A program made the position numbers and the translations under genes. A stretch of 64,000 bases of DNA from Gracilinanus agilis (lineage: Eukaryota): the NCBI RefSeq assembly GCF_016433145.1, contig NC_058132.1, positions 488,539,694 through 488,603,693 of the forward strand, given 5' to 3'. This document shows, in pieces, positions 1-22,392 of the stretch. The notes under the pieces were generated by a model. That model ran no database searches, was not told where the DNA came from, and worked only from the letters and a program-made list of their open reading frames with translations. Within the stretch, counting starts at the first letter, position 1. Every line of letters starts with the position of its first letter.

Positions 1-277
1 TCAGAGGAAGGACTGCAGGAGAGGAAACATATAAGAAAAGCAACTGCTTGAACGCATGGGTCGGGGTGGACATGAGTGAGGGTGTGGACTCGAAACTACC
101 ACACCAATGCAACCACCAACAATTTGGAAATTGGTCTTGATCAAGGACATATGACAAAACCAGTGGAAATGTGCGTTGGCCATGGGTGGGGGGAGTGCGG
201 GGGGTGAAGGGGAAAGTAGGAGCATGAAACATGTAACCATGTTAAAAATGATTATTAATAAATGTTAAAAAAAAAAG
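1..277 (+). mobile_element. 3' UTR and poly(A) tail of a young opossum-type L1 LINE, cut by the window start
   Basis: Matches the recalled Monodelphis L1 3' UTR (cagaggaaggactgcaggagaggaaacatataag...accagtggaaatgtgc...G-rich tract...catgtaaccatgttaaaaatg). Ends in aataaa plus an A tail. Confidence 0.85.
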
Positions 278-1842
278 AAGAAGAATAAAACCACAAAATT
301 AAATCAATTTAGAAACAATTATCACAGAGGGCATGTGTTGGGGTGTTTGGGAGGTTGCAAGCACACACAGAAAACTAGATTTAACTAATAGAGAAACTGG
401 GATGGGTGAGTGTCATCAAATCTTGAATTGGATTACCACACTATAGTGACTTCCTGTGACTTTCCCAAAATCAGCATCTCAGACTAGGTCTTCTGATTCT
501 AAATCAGAGATCTCTCCGTTAAATCAAGCTATTAGGTTGTAAACTATTTGAGAAGTGAGTTGGTATTATAGTTAACCTTTTATCCCTACATCTAAAATAA
601 TGCTTTTGATACTAAGCAATTGATTAAATTTAATAAAACACCTAGCATTACCAATGTGCATTTTAAAATGGCTCTAAAGTTCTTCTCAGGGATAGAATAT
701 GGAGCCAGAACAGCCAATTGTTAGGTACTTGATATAAATTTCACAAGCAGTATGGTACTAGGAGTCCTGTGTCTTAACATATGTTAAGCACTGCAATCTT
801 GAGTCTCATACTAGGTTCAAGTCCTTTTTTTATTGGCATAGAAATCTCAGCAATCCTAGCAGCACTGGTTTCTCTTTTGACCTGTGTGTTCTTTTGGCAT
901 CATTCAGGTGAAATACAATGCTTTTGGCACTATGTAGATATCCGTGCTCCTTTGACACTGTGTAGACGAGATCTGTGCTCCTTTGTGATCTCATTTTGTC
1001 AAATCAGACATATATACTAAGTCCCATAATAGGAAAATACCAATCCCAGTATCAATAGTGTAAGGCTTTGGGGCAGGCAGTTACATTTAGAACAAATGGA
1101 CATAGTAAACCTACACTAATCTAATGATCAAAAAATCTTTCAATTTAAATGGATGACATGTGCTTAGGAAAAATCGAATTTTGCACATGCAATTATAAAA
1201 AATGTGCTAAAAGTTCAAAAATATATATCTCCTATAATTAGTGACAATCAAAAAACATATATCTCTTGTAATTTGTGTCACTTAGGAGGGGTAGAATATA
1301 AAGGTTCTTACCCAAGAATTTAGATGCATTTCCTCTTAGCTTAGCCATGGTCCACAGTGTGAGTGCAAATGTAGATAAAACAATGGAGGTATAAAAGCAA
1401 TAATACACTGAAGAAAATACAAAAATTTCACAAAAAGGCAAAAAATTCAAATCAAGTCAATACAGGTTTCCTTCGAGGTAATATAGGTTCAAATCTTCCA
1501 AATATACAAAATACAAGTTTTCCAAATTATCGATACAAATTTGTTATGGACTTCCACAAAGGCACATGTCCAGGGTCAAATAATAGGATGGCACAAATAA
1601 AGTAAGGGGGTAGACAGGCACTGTATTTTAAAATCTGTTTCTTCTTTGCTATTTGCAGAAGACAAAACTGAAAAGAGTGAATGGCAACAAAACAACAAAA
1701 GCAATAAAGTTTAAGGGGTACCACCTGTCCCATGTGGAGGGGCAGTCTATGCTAAGAATAAAGTTATGAAGGTAGAACACTGAAGTCTCTCAGTTTTATA
1801 ATATGGGAGAGTAGATAAATAGAAATACACATGTGTTTATAT

Positions 1843-2276
1843 TGTGGAACCTAGAAAGAGTCAGAATTAAAAATCCTGACCCCTGTATGACATTATGGGC
1901 CCGACCCTTATATGACATTATGGTGAAATAGAATTATCCACAGGAATCCCAAACCTTGCAGACCTCCAGTCTCCCAGGACTGACCATATCTACCCTGAAG
2001 ACCTTCCCCTTCTCCCCAGGATCTCTTCCCTTCAGGAATTCACCATATCTACCTTAGGACATTGCTCTTATCTACAAGATTTCCTAACCTAAGGACATTC
2101 CTCTACCCTGTTCCATTCTGAGGACTACTCCATAAAAACTCTAGCCCAGGCACAGCTCTGGGTCCCTCACTAACTTTTCGTGAGAGACCCTAGCTCGAGC
2201 TAGACAATAAAGTCCCTTTGCATATTGCATTGTTGGCTCAAGACTCATTTATTGGGATACTTCTCTGGGCATAACA
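1843..2276 (+). mobile_element. Solo LTR, ERV1-like, 434 bp
   Basis: Starts TG (1843) and ends CA (2276), flanked by a 4-bp ATAT direct repeat (1839-1842 / 2277-2280). Has a TATA-like cataaaa near 2130, AATAAA at 2206-2211, and internal duplicated motifs (tatgacattatgg x2, ccatatctacc x2). Confidence 0.75.
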
Positions 2277-2591
2277 ATATAATATACACATACATACATA
2301 TATTATTTCATAGAAAGTAAAATATTTTCTTAGGAAGGCAAGATCCAAGTAAAGTATTATAAAATATTTTAGAGGGACAAATCAGCCCTCTGTGATCAGG
2401 GTGATGGGAGAGGGAAGAGATCAATGAATAGTCTCTAGAAGTAGCATCTGAATTGGGCCTAGAAATTGAGATTTTTGGTAGGCAAGAATGTTCTTGAGTC
2501 TCTTCCAGGCATGAAGGATGGCATGAAGAAAGGTATAAAGGCAGGAGATGGCAAGCTCAGAATAGATATCAATTGCACATTTCAGTTAGGT

Positions 2592-2797
2592 CAGGGGTTG
2601 GCAACATATGGCTCTTGAGCCATATCTGGCTCTTTTGAGGGCCAGATAATGGTTCTTTCTGCAGGAGCCAAAAAGTCAATTTTTTTTCAGGCACTGTTAC
2701 AGGAGCGCTCTGTGAGCACTGTATGGCTCTCACGAAATTACATTTTAAAAAATGTGGCGTTTATGACTCTCAAGACCAAAAAGGTTGCCCACCCCTA
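2592..2797. mobile_element. hAT-type MITE (non-autonomous DNA transposon)
   Basis: Terminal inverted repeats CAGGGGTTGGCAAC ... GTTGCCCACCCCT(A). The TSD is degenerate. Confidence 0.65.
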
Positions 2798-3179
2798 TCC
2801 TAGTGCCTTATTTTTTCCTAAATCTTAGAGCCACCCTCTAATAGAATTAGAAGGAGCCCTTGAGACCTGATTTGCCTAAGGTCACAAGAGCTAGTTGGCT
2901 GCCTCCTGGTTAAAACTCAGCATACAGGTAAGATGGGACATGGGATTTTTAATTCAGTTTAGGGTCTGCCTCAAACATGGCCTTCATTCCAACCGACCAG
3001 AGATTCTGAACCATCTTGGGGTCATACAGGCCTTCTTAGGTAGACTGGTATAAATGCTGTTTTAAACGCATGAAATAAACTACATTGGATGACAAAGGAA
3101 ATAAAGTCTACTGGAAGTTGTCAAAGTATTTTCGAGTGTCCCCAGATCCCAACCCAAGAAAATTCCAGCAGTAGAGAGT

Positions 3180-3970
3180 ATTGCAGCCTAAGGCCTCGTA
3201 GCCCCAACTCTTCCCCCCTTCCTCTGGGCAGCCTTAGGAATAGGCTGAGCCAGAGGCAGAAATCGTTAGAGTTTGGGGAAACTGCATCTTCGGTCCTTCA
3301 ATTCCAGGCTCCTAACTCCAGACCATAAGGGAAGAACGGCCTCTTGGGGAGAGGAAGCAGAGGGGTGGGCCTCCAGGCGGAAGGCAGGAGGTCTGGGGGG
3401 GGGGGGGGGGAACGGGACGACGAGCTTGCATACGCATGCGCATGCCCGAGTGGTGGACACACCCCCTTTCGGAGCCAGGCGATTTTTCCCCACGTTTCCG
3501 CCATTCCCCCTGGAACTCACGTTGTAAAGAGCAAGCGCCGCCGGAAGTAGCAGGTGAGTCATAACCGCACTTTAAAAAAATCTAGGTACTGTCTTTTTCC
3601 GTTTTAATATTCCTCTGCCTGCTTGAAGCACCTAGTGTGAGCCCCTGGGCACAAGGCCTTCCCAGTTAAGCCGCTTCCCCGGGACCCCTCAGCAGAGGGC
3701 TGGGCTCGGGAAATGACCCGGCCCCGAGTTAGGATCAGTACCGGAAATCCTACGGAGGTAAAAATAGGTAGGATGTCAAAATAATTGGCAAAGGACGCAA
3801 GTCATTCGCGAAAAGAGATGTTTTCGGGCCTTGTCCTGGGATGCCCAGTACCCTGTACAGTTCAGACCCAATATTAATAATAGTTGTTTGTTTGATTGGC
3901 GGAGCCGGTATGGAACCCAAAGACTACGCGGCCTGTCTTGAGTTAAAGAGTAAGGAAAAGTTCGTGGCAG
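3180..3970. promoter_or_regulatory. CpG-rich promoter of LIPT1, probably bidirectional with TSGA10
   Basis: Local CpG enrichment. NRF1-like GCATGCGCATGC near 3434-3445, YY1-like CCGCCATT near 3498, ETS CCGGAAGT at 3541-3548, and a + strand donor CAG|GTGAGT at 3554. The TSGA10 link is inferred from mammalian synteny; no TSGA10 coding exon was seen. Confidence 0.8.
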
Positions 3971-5026
3971 ATTACCTCCAACCACGGTGAAAATTGATAG
4001 CAATAGTCAGTCAGTCACCACTGAAAGGAGTGAGACTATAATGACCCTGGCAGTCTCCAATCATTGAATTATTGGAATATATCATTCTGAGACTCAGAGA
4101 GGTTGGGACTTGACTATAGCCACTTTTTTAAGTGATCGATAGTAATCAATCCACTTTATCTCGAGCCTCCTTTTTTCACATACAGCTTAATTATAATGGA
4201 ATTTTTAGATTTTTACTAAGGAATAAAAATTATCTGGAGTTGCATTGAATAGGTCAAAAGTAGACAATTTGATACAAGCACCTATGTGTACACAGCCTCT
4301 CGAGATGTTTTCAGTTATGTATTAGATTGAAGGATTGGGATAGAATGGCTCATTTAAAGTTGTAGTTAAAATTATTCATCACAACCAATAATTTCGGTAT
4401 CTTGCCACTCAACCTTTAACACTATTAGGAAATGCATTGTATAAACTCAAAGGAAATGTTATTCCTGTACTAGCTGCTCTGTCATTTGATACAGTTCTTC
4501 ATGGATTTCTCTTTACAATGGGCCATAGGTTAATGCATACTTATATTTTAGAGAAAAAATGTTGAAAATCTACTGCCAAGAAATCAAGTACATCCCAAAT
4601 TAAAATGTTATTTTCAAAGTCATCACCTTTTACTTCATTACTCTAAATAGCCAAGTGGCTCACTGCAGTTGAATTTCATCTCCTTTTCTTTTCACTCTTT
4701 GCGAAAGTACCTGAGGCTAATGACAGATATTAAAATCAATCAAGAGAAATATGGCTGGGATATTCAGTAAACTAGATAAATAGTTCCTGCATGATCAAGA
4801 GTTGACCCTTATTAGTTAACATTTCCTTCCTTACATTAAAAAAACTAACTTGAGTTTTTTTTATTGTGAATTTAACTGTGAACAACTATTTCATCAACAA
4901 AGAACAAGAAAGACTGAATAAGAAATGAACTTTTATTACATTGCAGTTTTCATTTTAAGTAGCACATATAAATAAAATATAACAAGGTAATAACAAAACT
5001 GCTCTATTTCCTCCATTTTTAAAAGC

Positions 5027-6145
5027 ATGCTGATTCCATTCTCTATGAAGAACTGCTTCCAGTCACTTTACATCCTCAAGATCCCAACAGCTGGCTTCAA
5101 AAACATAGCAAAAGGTGGGCTTATTTTACAATCAGCCTCTAACAATATTTACCAAAATCTGGCAGTAGAAGACTGGATCCATGACCATATGAACTTAGAA
5201 AGCAAGCCTATTCTTTTCCTTTGGAGAAACTCCCCTACTGTTGTCATTGGCAGGCATCAGAATCCCTGGCAGGAATGTAATCTAAATATAATGAGAGAAA
5301 AGGGCATAAAATTGGCTCGGAGAAGAAGTGGAGGAGGAACAGTGTACCACGATATGGGTAATATCAACTTGACTTTCTTCACAATTAAGTCAAAGTACAA
5401 TAGGATGGAAAATCTGAAATTGATTATTAGGGTTCTGAATGCTGTCCAACCACACCTGGATGTACAAGCTACTGACAGATTAGACCTCTTACTAGAAGGA
5501 CAGTTTAAAATCTCAGGAACAGCATCTAAGATTGGACGGGTTGCTGCCTATCACCATTGCACATTACTGTGTAATACAGATTGGATTTCTTTATCTTCTG
5601 TGTTGAAGAGTCCTTACCAGGGAATTAAGAGTAATGCTACTCCTAGTGTACCTTCGTTGGTGAAAAATATTTTGGAAAATGATGACACTTTAACTTGTGA
5701 GGTTTTGATGAAATCTGTTGCTGCAGAGTATGCTGCTTATCATAAGATTGATAACAACATTATCTTGATAAGTCCGACAGATGAGACAGTGTTCCCAGGG
5801 ATAAATAGAAAAGTGGAAGAACTGCAAACTTGGGAATGGATATATGGCAAAACACCAAAGTTTAGTATAAAAACTTCTTTTAATTTAAGTGAACAATCAT
5901 ATTCTGAAATAAAAGTATATGTAGATATAAAAAATGGAAGAATTGAAGACTGTAAAATTGATGCACCTGATCACTGGTTACCACTGGAAATGCTTGACAA
6001 ACTAAGCACAAGCTTTATTGGCAATAAATTTTGTCAAAGTGAAACCTCAGTGTTAATAAATGCATTGCTTAGGACATGTCCAAAAGACTATGAACTAAAC
6101 ACCAAATGGCATCTTCTTTGTCAAAAAGTTAAGTCAATAATGTGA
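5027..6145 (+). CDS. LIPT1: Lipoyltransferase 1, mitochondrial (372 aa, single coding exon)
   Basis: Intact [15 protein letters not shown]...[13 protein letters not shown]...[14 protein letters not shown]...[14 protein letters not shown]...KISGTASK...[12 protein letters not shown], closely matching mammalian LIPT1 (BPL/LplA family). Splice acceptor tttttaaaag|C lies directly before the ATG; AATAAA at 6180-6185 and 6405-6410. Confidence 0.98.
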   Translation: MLIPFSMKNCFQSLYILKIPTAGFKNIAKGGLILQSASNNIYQNLAVEDWIHDHMNLESKPILFLWRNSPTVVIGRHQNPWQECNLNIMREKGIKLARRRSGGGTVYHDMGNINLTFFTIKSKYNRMENLKLIIRVLNAVQPHLDVQATDRLDLLLEGQFKISGTASKIGRVAAYHHCTLLCNTDWISLSSVLKSPYQGIKSNATPSVPSLVKNILENDDTLTCEVLMKSVAAEYAAYHKIDNNIILISPTDETVFPGINRKVEELQTWEWIYGKTPKFSIKTSFNLSEQSYSEIKVYVDIKNGRIEDCKIDAPDHWLPLEMLDKLSTSFIGNKFCQSETSVLINALLRTCPKDYELNTKWHLLCQKVKSIM

Positions 6146-6563
6146 AGAATCTCTTTCTAATGATGACAACTTTTAGTAAAATAAAATTTAATATATATTT
6201 TCTTACATATCTCTTAAAATTCCATTTTTGAACCGAAAGAGATGAATCAGAATTAGTTAAGTACAAATTTTAGTTTGTTAGTTCCTCTCTGCTTTGTTTA
6301 CTTAAGACTGTACCCTTTAAGGCAAATAAGAGCTATTCTGGGTAACATTTTAAACCAGCGATGTGGCTAAAGAAGAAACAATGTCAGTCATATTAAATTA
6401 TGTTAATAAAACAAAACAGTATCCAAATCAATAGAAATATAAATTAGATTTATTGTTACATTTTCAAACTACAGGGATGGTTATTGTATAAAAAGTGTTT
6501 AAAATTCTCCATTTAAATTATAAACTTTTAAAGCAAGGTTAAAAAAAAAAAGGTTGGAGACAC

Positions 6564-16764
<10,201 letters not shown>

Positions 16765-16899
16765 TCTCCACCGAAGTCCACCTATCCACCTATCCACCCT
16801 CCCCTCCCTGCCCCGGGAAAGAGCGCGCACGCGCGCGGCGCTTCCGGGAGGCGATCACGTGAGGCTACCGGCTGGCGTGAATGCGCCTCCCAGTGTAAA

Positions 16900-17095
16900 A
16901 AGCCTAGACTTCATACTCTCAGCGCCCAGGCCAAGGAAGCGAGCTGCATTTACAGCTACGGGCAACGTGCACGGTACCAAGGGAGGGAGGTTCCCGGAGG
17001 ACGTAGGGTTCGACCTCTGCGGCCATGATTTCCTTCAGCCTCCTGTGTGAATAAATTGGAGACAGCAACCAGACTGCTGTGGCCGAGCTGAACTG
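16900..17095 (+). other. MRPL30: MRPL30 non-coding first exon (5' end approximate)
   Basis: Donor CTG|GTGAGT at 17096 inside the CpG island. Next plausible acceptor is cttgcag|CTTTTT at 18995, ahead of the ATG. Confidence 0.65.
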
Positions 17096-19029
17096 GTGAG
17101 TATGGAACGGGTGGGGAGGTTCCCCAAGAACCGCCCACACACACACACAAACACACACTTGCCAGTCATCCTCAGGCCTCTGGGCCTGGGGGAGGGTTGC
17201 TGAAGGTGACCCCACTCCTCGAGCATTAACTTCTCAACCTTGGCTGGATAATCTGGAAAAATGGCTGTGTCCCTTTCCGCTTTCTTATTGGCCAAGAAAC
17301 AGCCAATGGTATAATACGAACATTTTTCGTAGGCTTTGGGGTGGGGTCACGTGGCCGAGACTTGGGCTCCTGAGGAGTGATGGGAGCTTGGAGGTTAACT
17401 ATTCCCAATTAAGTCATTTCTGCTGTGGGATGAACCTTCAAAGAGCTGTTTCTAATCTTTCAGAACAGATTTCTGTAATGGTTGGTTAGCTGAGGTGTAC
17501 ATTGTATTTGGGGTATTTGTTTAAACCACAGCAGAAAACACAAACGTGGGTTTATTTTCCTAGTCTTTCATATACTGAGTTAGCTGTCATATGAAGGCTA
17601 AATACAGTGATTGGCGGCCTAGAATAGGATTTACCCCTCATAAACTGATCTCTCTGTTCCTATCAAGGGACAATTTGTGTCTTTAGTAGTAGTAAGTAAA
17701 TAATGACATTTTCAGGAAACCTTGAGTACAGGAGCAATTACAGTTAATCAAAAATTTAAGTTGTGTTTTGTTAGCATGATCATAATTTGTTAAGCAAGTT
17801 ATCTCCAGCATCAAATATAAAATTCTGTTTGGGTTTTTTAACTTGCCACAACTAGGCCTCTTACTATTTTTTCCACTTTGGTTAAACTCCATGAATATTT
17901 TAATTTTACCACGCTAAAGTACTTGAAGTTCCTCCTACACATCCATTCTCCTGTCTCTGAGCCTTTTTCATTAGTTGGCCTCATAGAGTACTCTTTCTCC
18001 TCATCCAACTCCTTCAGATCCCACCTTCTGAAACAGGCCTTTTCACACACACATATCTTGTCAGTGCCTAATTACTTACATCTTTCTCCACCATTACAAA
18101 TAAGGACCTTTGATGGCAGAGCCAAGATTTTTGCATTGGAATACTTAGGCATGGTGCTTGGGATATAGAAAATGCTTGTCTACTGACTATTGATAGCACC
18201 CTTAATTTCTGAAAAAAATTGCTACATTGCTGGGATGGGAACCAAAATATTTGTGTTTTTGTCTCAGTTCTGCTACTAGTTTTTGTGTGTGTGACTTGGG
18301 ACCTCATTTTCTTTATAAAATGAGGAGGTTGAATAAACTTGGTCATTTTACCATTTGATAATTTTCTGACAAAGAATGGCATAACTAGCAAAGTTCTTTT
18401 TTGTACAATATTGTTTTAACAAATGCCACTTTTATAAAATGCAGAATGATTGCTAAAAGTTTAAGATGTTTATGAAGCTTTCTTATAATATTTACAGTGA
18501 TAATATCCCTAATTAATTGATAAAACTATGGCTATATCTCATCTACCAATTAATCAAACAGCATCTCATTAAACAACTACTGTCTGCTAGGTACTGGGGT
18601 AAACAAAGAATGAAATGATTCCTACTCTAGTTTATGTACCAATAGGGGACAACCACAAATATATAGTCAGAATAAATGTTTTTTTTTTAATATAAAATAA
18701 ATATTAGGAAATTTTACAACTATTCAAACATTTTGCATTCTTTGCCAGTTTCCAACCTCATAGAATGATTTGGGTTAAGATTCATTTTGTCAGAACTAAT
18801 TTTGCCATATCAATATTTAGCAAACTATATTCAGTACCGTATAAAGCATGTAGAAGATCCAATTTAGCTCTTGTTTTTATCTTAAAACTAAAAATTTATT
18901 GTTATGCTTTTGCTTAAATGTTACATAACTATTCAAGGGAGATTATGACCAATATCAATAGTAATTTGGCCCTTGGAATTGCTTATACTTGCAGCTTTTT
19001 GAAGGTGATATCATTGATATTGATATCTA

Positions 19030-19080
19030 ATGGCTGGAATTTTGCGCTTACTGACCCAGAGCCCTCCAGGTAAAGTACAG
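19030..19080 (+). CDS. MRPL30: MRPL30 coding exon 1
   Basis: [17 protein letters not shown]|GTATGT; 51 nt. Confidence 0.94.
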
Positions 19081-22000
19081 GTATGTAATTTTAAAAAACA
19101 CTTTTTATTGTTTACCCTGATTCTCTTTCCTCTTTATCCACTCTGTATAGCTTATTTCCACAACATTTTAAGAGTTGGAAGTTACTTCAAAGATTATCTA
19201 GTTCAAAACTCAGGTAAGCTGGAATCCCTTTATAAATTTCCCACCAAGTGGTCATTCAGCCTGCTCTTGAGAACCTTCAGAGAAGGTAAACTATGTCAAC
19301 CCTTTCCACTTTTGGACAGCTCTTAAGTTTTCCTTTGGCCTAAATCTCCTCCTCTGAAAATTCCACACATTATTCTTACTTCTGCCATATGAGGAGAATG
19401 TCTGGGATTAAACTCTAGGCCAAACAGATTACACTTTGAGTCCTTTCTATTGTCTATACTTATTTTAGCTAAATGAAAAAAGTAAGTATATAAATAAGAA
19501 CGCATTGTAGGAAATGAAATTTGTGTGTGCAAACATTAGCATATACCAGTGATAGTGAACCTTTTAGAGACCATGTGCTGTGTGTTGTACCCCACGAAGT
19601 GCTCCCATTAGGCTGCTGGGTCAAGAGGCAGGTGAAGTGAGGAAGTGAAGAGAGGGGAAGGGAAGTGGTCTGAGGGCTCTGCTCCCCTCCAGCTCTGCCA
19701 ACTATGAGCCACCCATCTTACCCCAGACAGGTGAGGAAAGAAGCACTCCCGTTGGGTTGCTGGGCATAGGGATAGGTGATGTGAAAAAAATGTCAGGCAC
19801 AGGGGAGATGAGGGAAGAGATCAGCTCCACCTGAGTCCCTCTGCCTTTTTAGTAATGAACTCTGGAGAGTAGGTGGGGAAGTGCAGCACACGTGCTCACA
19901 GAGAGTGCCCTGCATGCCATCTTTGTCACCCATGCCATTGGTTCACCATCACTGGTATGTACCCTTACTCAAGAAAAGAGCATTACAGTGGATAGGGTAA
20001 ACTTTTCATAGCCTGCCATGACTACTGGGAACTGGTAGTGGTGATAGTGGTGATGGTACCAAAGTTAATGACTTATTTAAGGAAATGGGATTGAGCAGAA
20101 ACTCAAGAAGAAAATTAATGAGCCGAATATATTCAATAAATTATATAGAATTCTGTGGAAAAGGTATTAATGGTGAACCACAGCTTTCTGCTTATGTTGG
20201 GATAGAATGGGATATGGTCATGCTTAAGAGGGGATTGAATTGAAGCTTTTAGTAATCACGAGCAAATGTGGTTAAACTTATATTTTTTTAGAAACTTATT
20301 GACTGGTAGATGTCTGTACTAGCCCTCAAAAATCAACACTCTTAACTTCTTCCAGAATGTGACAAAAAGTCTGGAATCTCTCACCTCAACTGATTGGATT
20401 CGTCATAAATTTACCAAGTCAAGAATACCAGACAAAGTAAGAGCATTTTTTTAAGAGTTTTATCTGATTAATAACAGCTGGTCTTGGACCATCTCTTTTC
20501 TTTATTTTCTCTTAAGGATTTTTTCAGTTCAGTTCTTATGGGCCCAGTTATTTCTTTGTAGATTACTCTTAAATCTATGTATTCATACATCTATGTATTC
20601 ATAGATTCTTAAATCTATGTATTCATATGTTCTCTCCAGAACTCAAGTCCTGCATCAACTGCTTATTAGACATCTCCATTTGAATATCCCACAGCCAGCT
20701 CAGACTTGTCTAAAACAATTCATTATGTTTCCTTCCCAAATCCATCCTGAATTTCCTCATTTTTCTACCATCCTTGAATTTACCCAGGTTCACTACCTTG
20801 ACATCAACCTCTAACTCTCCATAAATCCTTCTATCCAATCATTTGCTAAGTCTTATTAGATCCTACTTCCACAATATTGCTCATCTATGAAATGTGGAGG
20901 ATAGCCATTTTTACAGTGTTTTTGATAAGACCTCAATATCCCTTTCTGCTCTGACCCCTTAAACAGTTAAACTATCCTTTAGCTTTTCTCTTACTTCATA
21001 CTATCCTAGACTATAAGTTTCTAGGAGGGATGATGGTAACGATGATGGTAATAATGACTTATTTATAGTTTGCAAAGCACTTTCTTCAGAACAACACTTT
21101 GAAGTAGGTAGTGTGAATATTATAATACCTATTTTGCAGATAAGGAAACAAACCTAGAAAAGATAAACAATGGTTCTACAGCTAATAATTGTTGAAACTG
21201 GAATACTTGCACTTCAAGGAAGAGACCATTTAACATATGAGTATGAACATAGGTGAATCAATATTAAGCAACTAATTGGCAAATGGAAACAGTAAACTTG
21301 GAGATTTAAGAAAAATAATCATTTTTCTTCATTCTGAATTCTGGTGTAATTGAGTCACTTTCCCTTCAGTGGTACAGTAATTACAGCTTTCTTACACCTG
21401 TAATATGTCTATAGAGAACCAAATTCCTAAGCCACGTGTATCTGGGCCAGTTATCACAACTGTTTTTAACTTCAGGTTACATATATATATATATTTCATA
21501 TATATATATGTATATTTGATATACATATTTGATATATATATCAAAGCTATGATGTCTCTATGAATTAGGAAAGAAAAAAAATTGAGAACAACTAATTTTT
21601 TTGTTTTCACATTAAAAGTTTGAGCTGGGAGGTCTTAAACTAATTTGTTTATATGATAGTAAAATGTTTATTTTAGAGAAGTGAAGGGATAGCTGAATAC
21701 AGAAGTCTTCTGGAATATTTGAAAATAACTAATTTTTTGTTCTGTTCTTACAGGTGTTTCAACCTACACCTGAAGCACATGAAAAATATGGTGGGGACCC
21801 TCAACACCCTCATAAATTACAAATTGTCACCAGAATTAAAAGTGTAAAAGGAAGACCATATTGGGAAAAGAATATCATAAAACTTCTTGGATTGGAAAAA
21901 GTAAACATTTACTTTTAGTGTACTGGTTATACTTGTTTTGAATTTAGCCTTTTTCTAACTTTAAGGTCGATATTTTTTGTTATATTTGTTTTGAAACACA

Positions 22001-22392
22001 TGAATATAGTGGTAGCTTTAAGTAAGGTGAATCTCATAGTGCTTTGGGGAGAATTGTAATATATCTGTTCTTCACAGGCACATAATCCACAAGTGCACAA
22101 GAATATTCCTTCAGTGAATGACAGACTGAAAGTGGTTAAGCATCTTGTAAGGTTTGTTGAGGAATTTTAAGAACAATTACTTTATTTTTTCCTATAAAAT
22201 TTAAATCATTTTAAGAAATAACTTTATAATATCTTAAATACTATTTTTTAATGTTCTAGGATCCAACCATTAAAATTGCCACAAGGACTTCCAACAGAAG
22301 AACAGATGTCAGAAACTTGCCTCAAGACCACTGGTGAATTAATAGTAAGATGGCAACTAAAACCAATGGGACAAAAGGCAATTAAGGCCTAA
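19030..22392 (+). CDS. MRPL30: Mitochondrial ribosomal protein uL30m (161 aa, 5 coding exons)
   Basis: Exons 19030-19080, 20356-20436, 21754-21900, 22078-22151, 22260-22392 total 486 nt. Protein [74 protein letters not shown]...[19 protein letters not shown]...[11 protein letters not shown]...KAIKA*. ATTAAA at 22433-22438. Confidence 0.97.
19547..19954. mobile_element. hAT-type MITE, about 408 bp, in a MRPL30 intron
   Basis: TIRs CAGTGATAGTGAACC / GGTTCACCATCACTG with 8-bp flanks GCATATAC and GTATGTAC (6/8 match, both transitions). Confidence 0.8.
20356..20436 (+). CDS. MRPL30: MRPL30 coding exon 2
   Basis: ttccag|NVTK...RIPDK|GTAAGA; 81 nt. Confidence 0.95.
21754..21900 (+). CDS. MRPL30: MRPL30 coding exon 3
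   Basis: ttacag|VFQP...GLEK|GTAAAC; 147 nt. Confidence 0.95.
22078..22151 (+). CDS. MRPL30: MRPL30 coding exon 4
   Basis: tcacag|AHNPQVHK...KHLV(R)|GTTTGT; 74 nt. Confidence 0.95.
22260..22392 (+). CDS. MRPL30: MRPL30 coding exon 5 (terminal)
   Basis: ttctag|[10 protein letters not shown]...AIKA-TAA; 133 nt. Confidence 0.95.

Noticed and set aside
240-1840. Search for C2orf15, which lies upstream of LIPT1 in human
   Set aside because: No frame resembles the human protein as I recall it. The small ORFs at 781-1020 and 1527-1733 have no recognisable homology.
16765-16830. 22-aa in-frame N-terminal extension of MITD1 in the ORF track
   Set aside because: The track's start is GTG, not ATG. 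Homology to mammalian MITD1 begins at the ATG at 16764, and that start gives the expected 249 aa.
17590-17650. Possible C/D snoRNA in MRPL30 intron 1 (ATGAAGG...CTGA)
   Set aside because: The C box is poor, with no terminal stem and no recognisable guide.
20570-20630. Short direct repeats (tctatgtattcata x3; also 26050-26130 and 35745-35775)
   Set aside because: Local slippage duplications without unique spacers, so not CRISPR-like, and no evidence of function.
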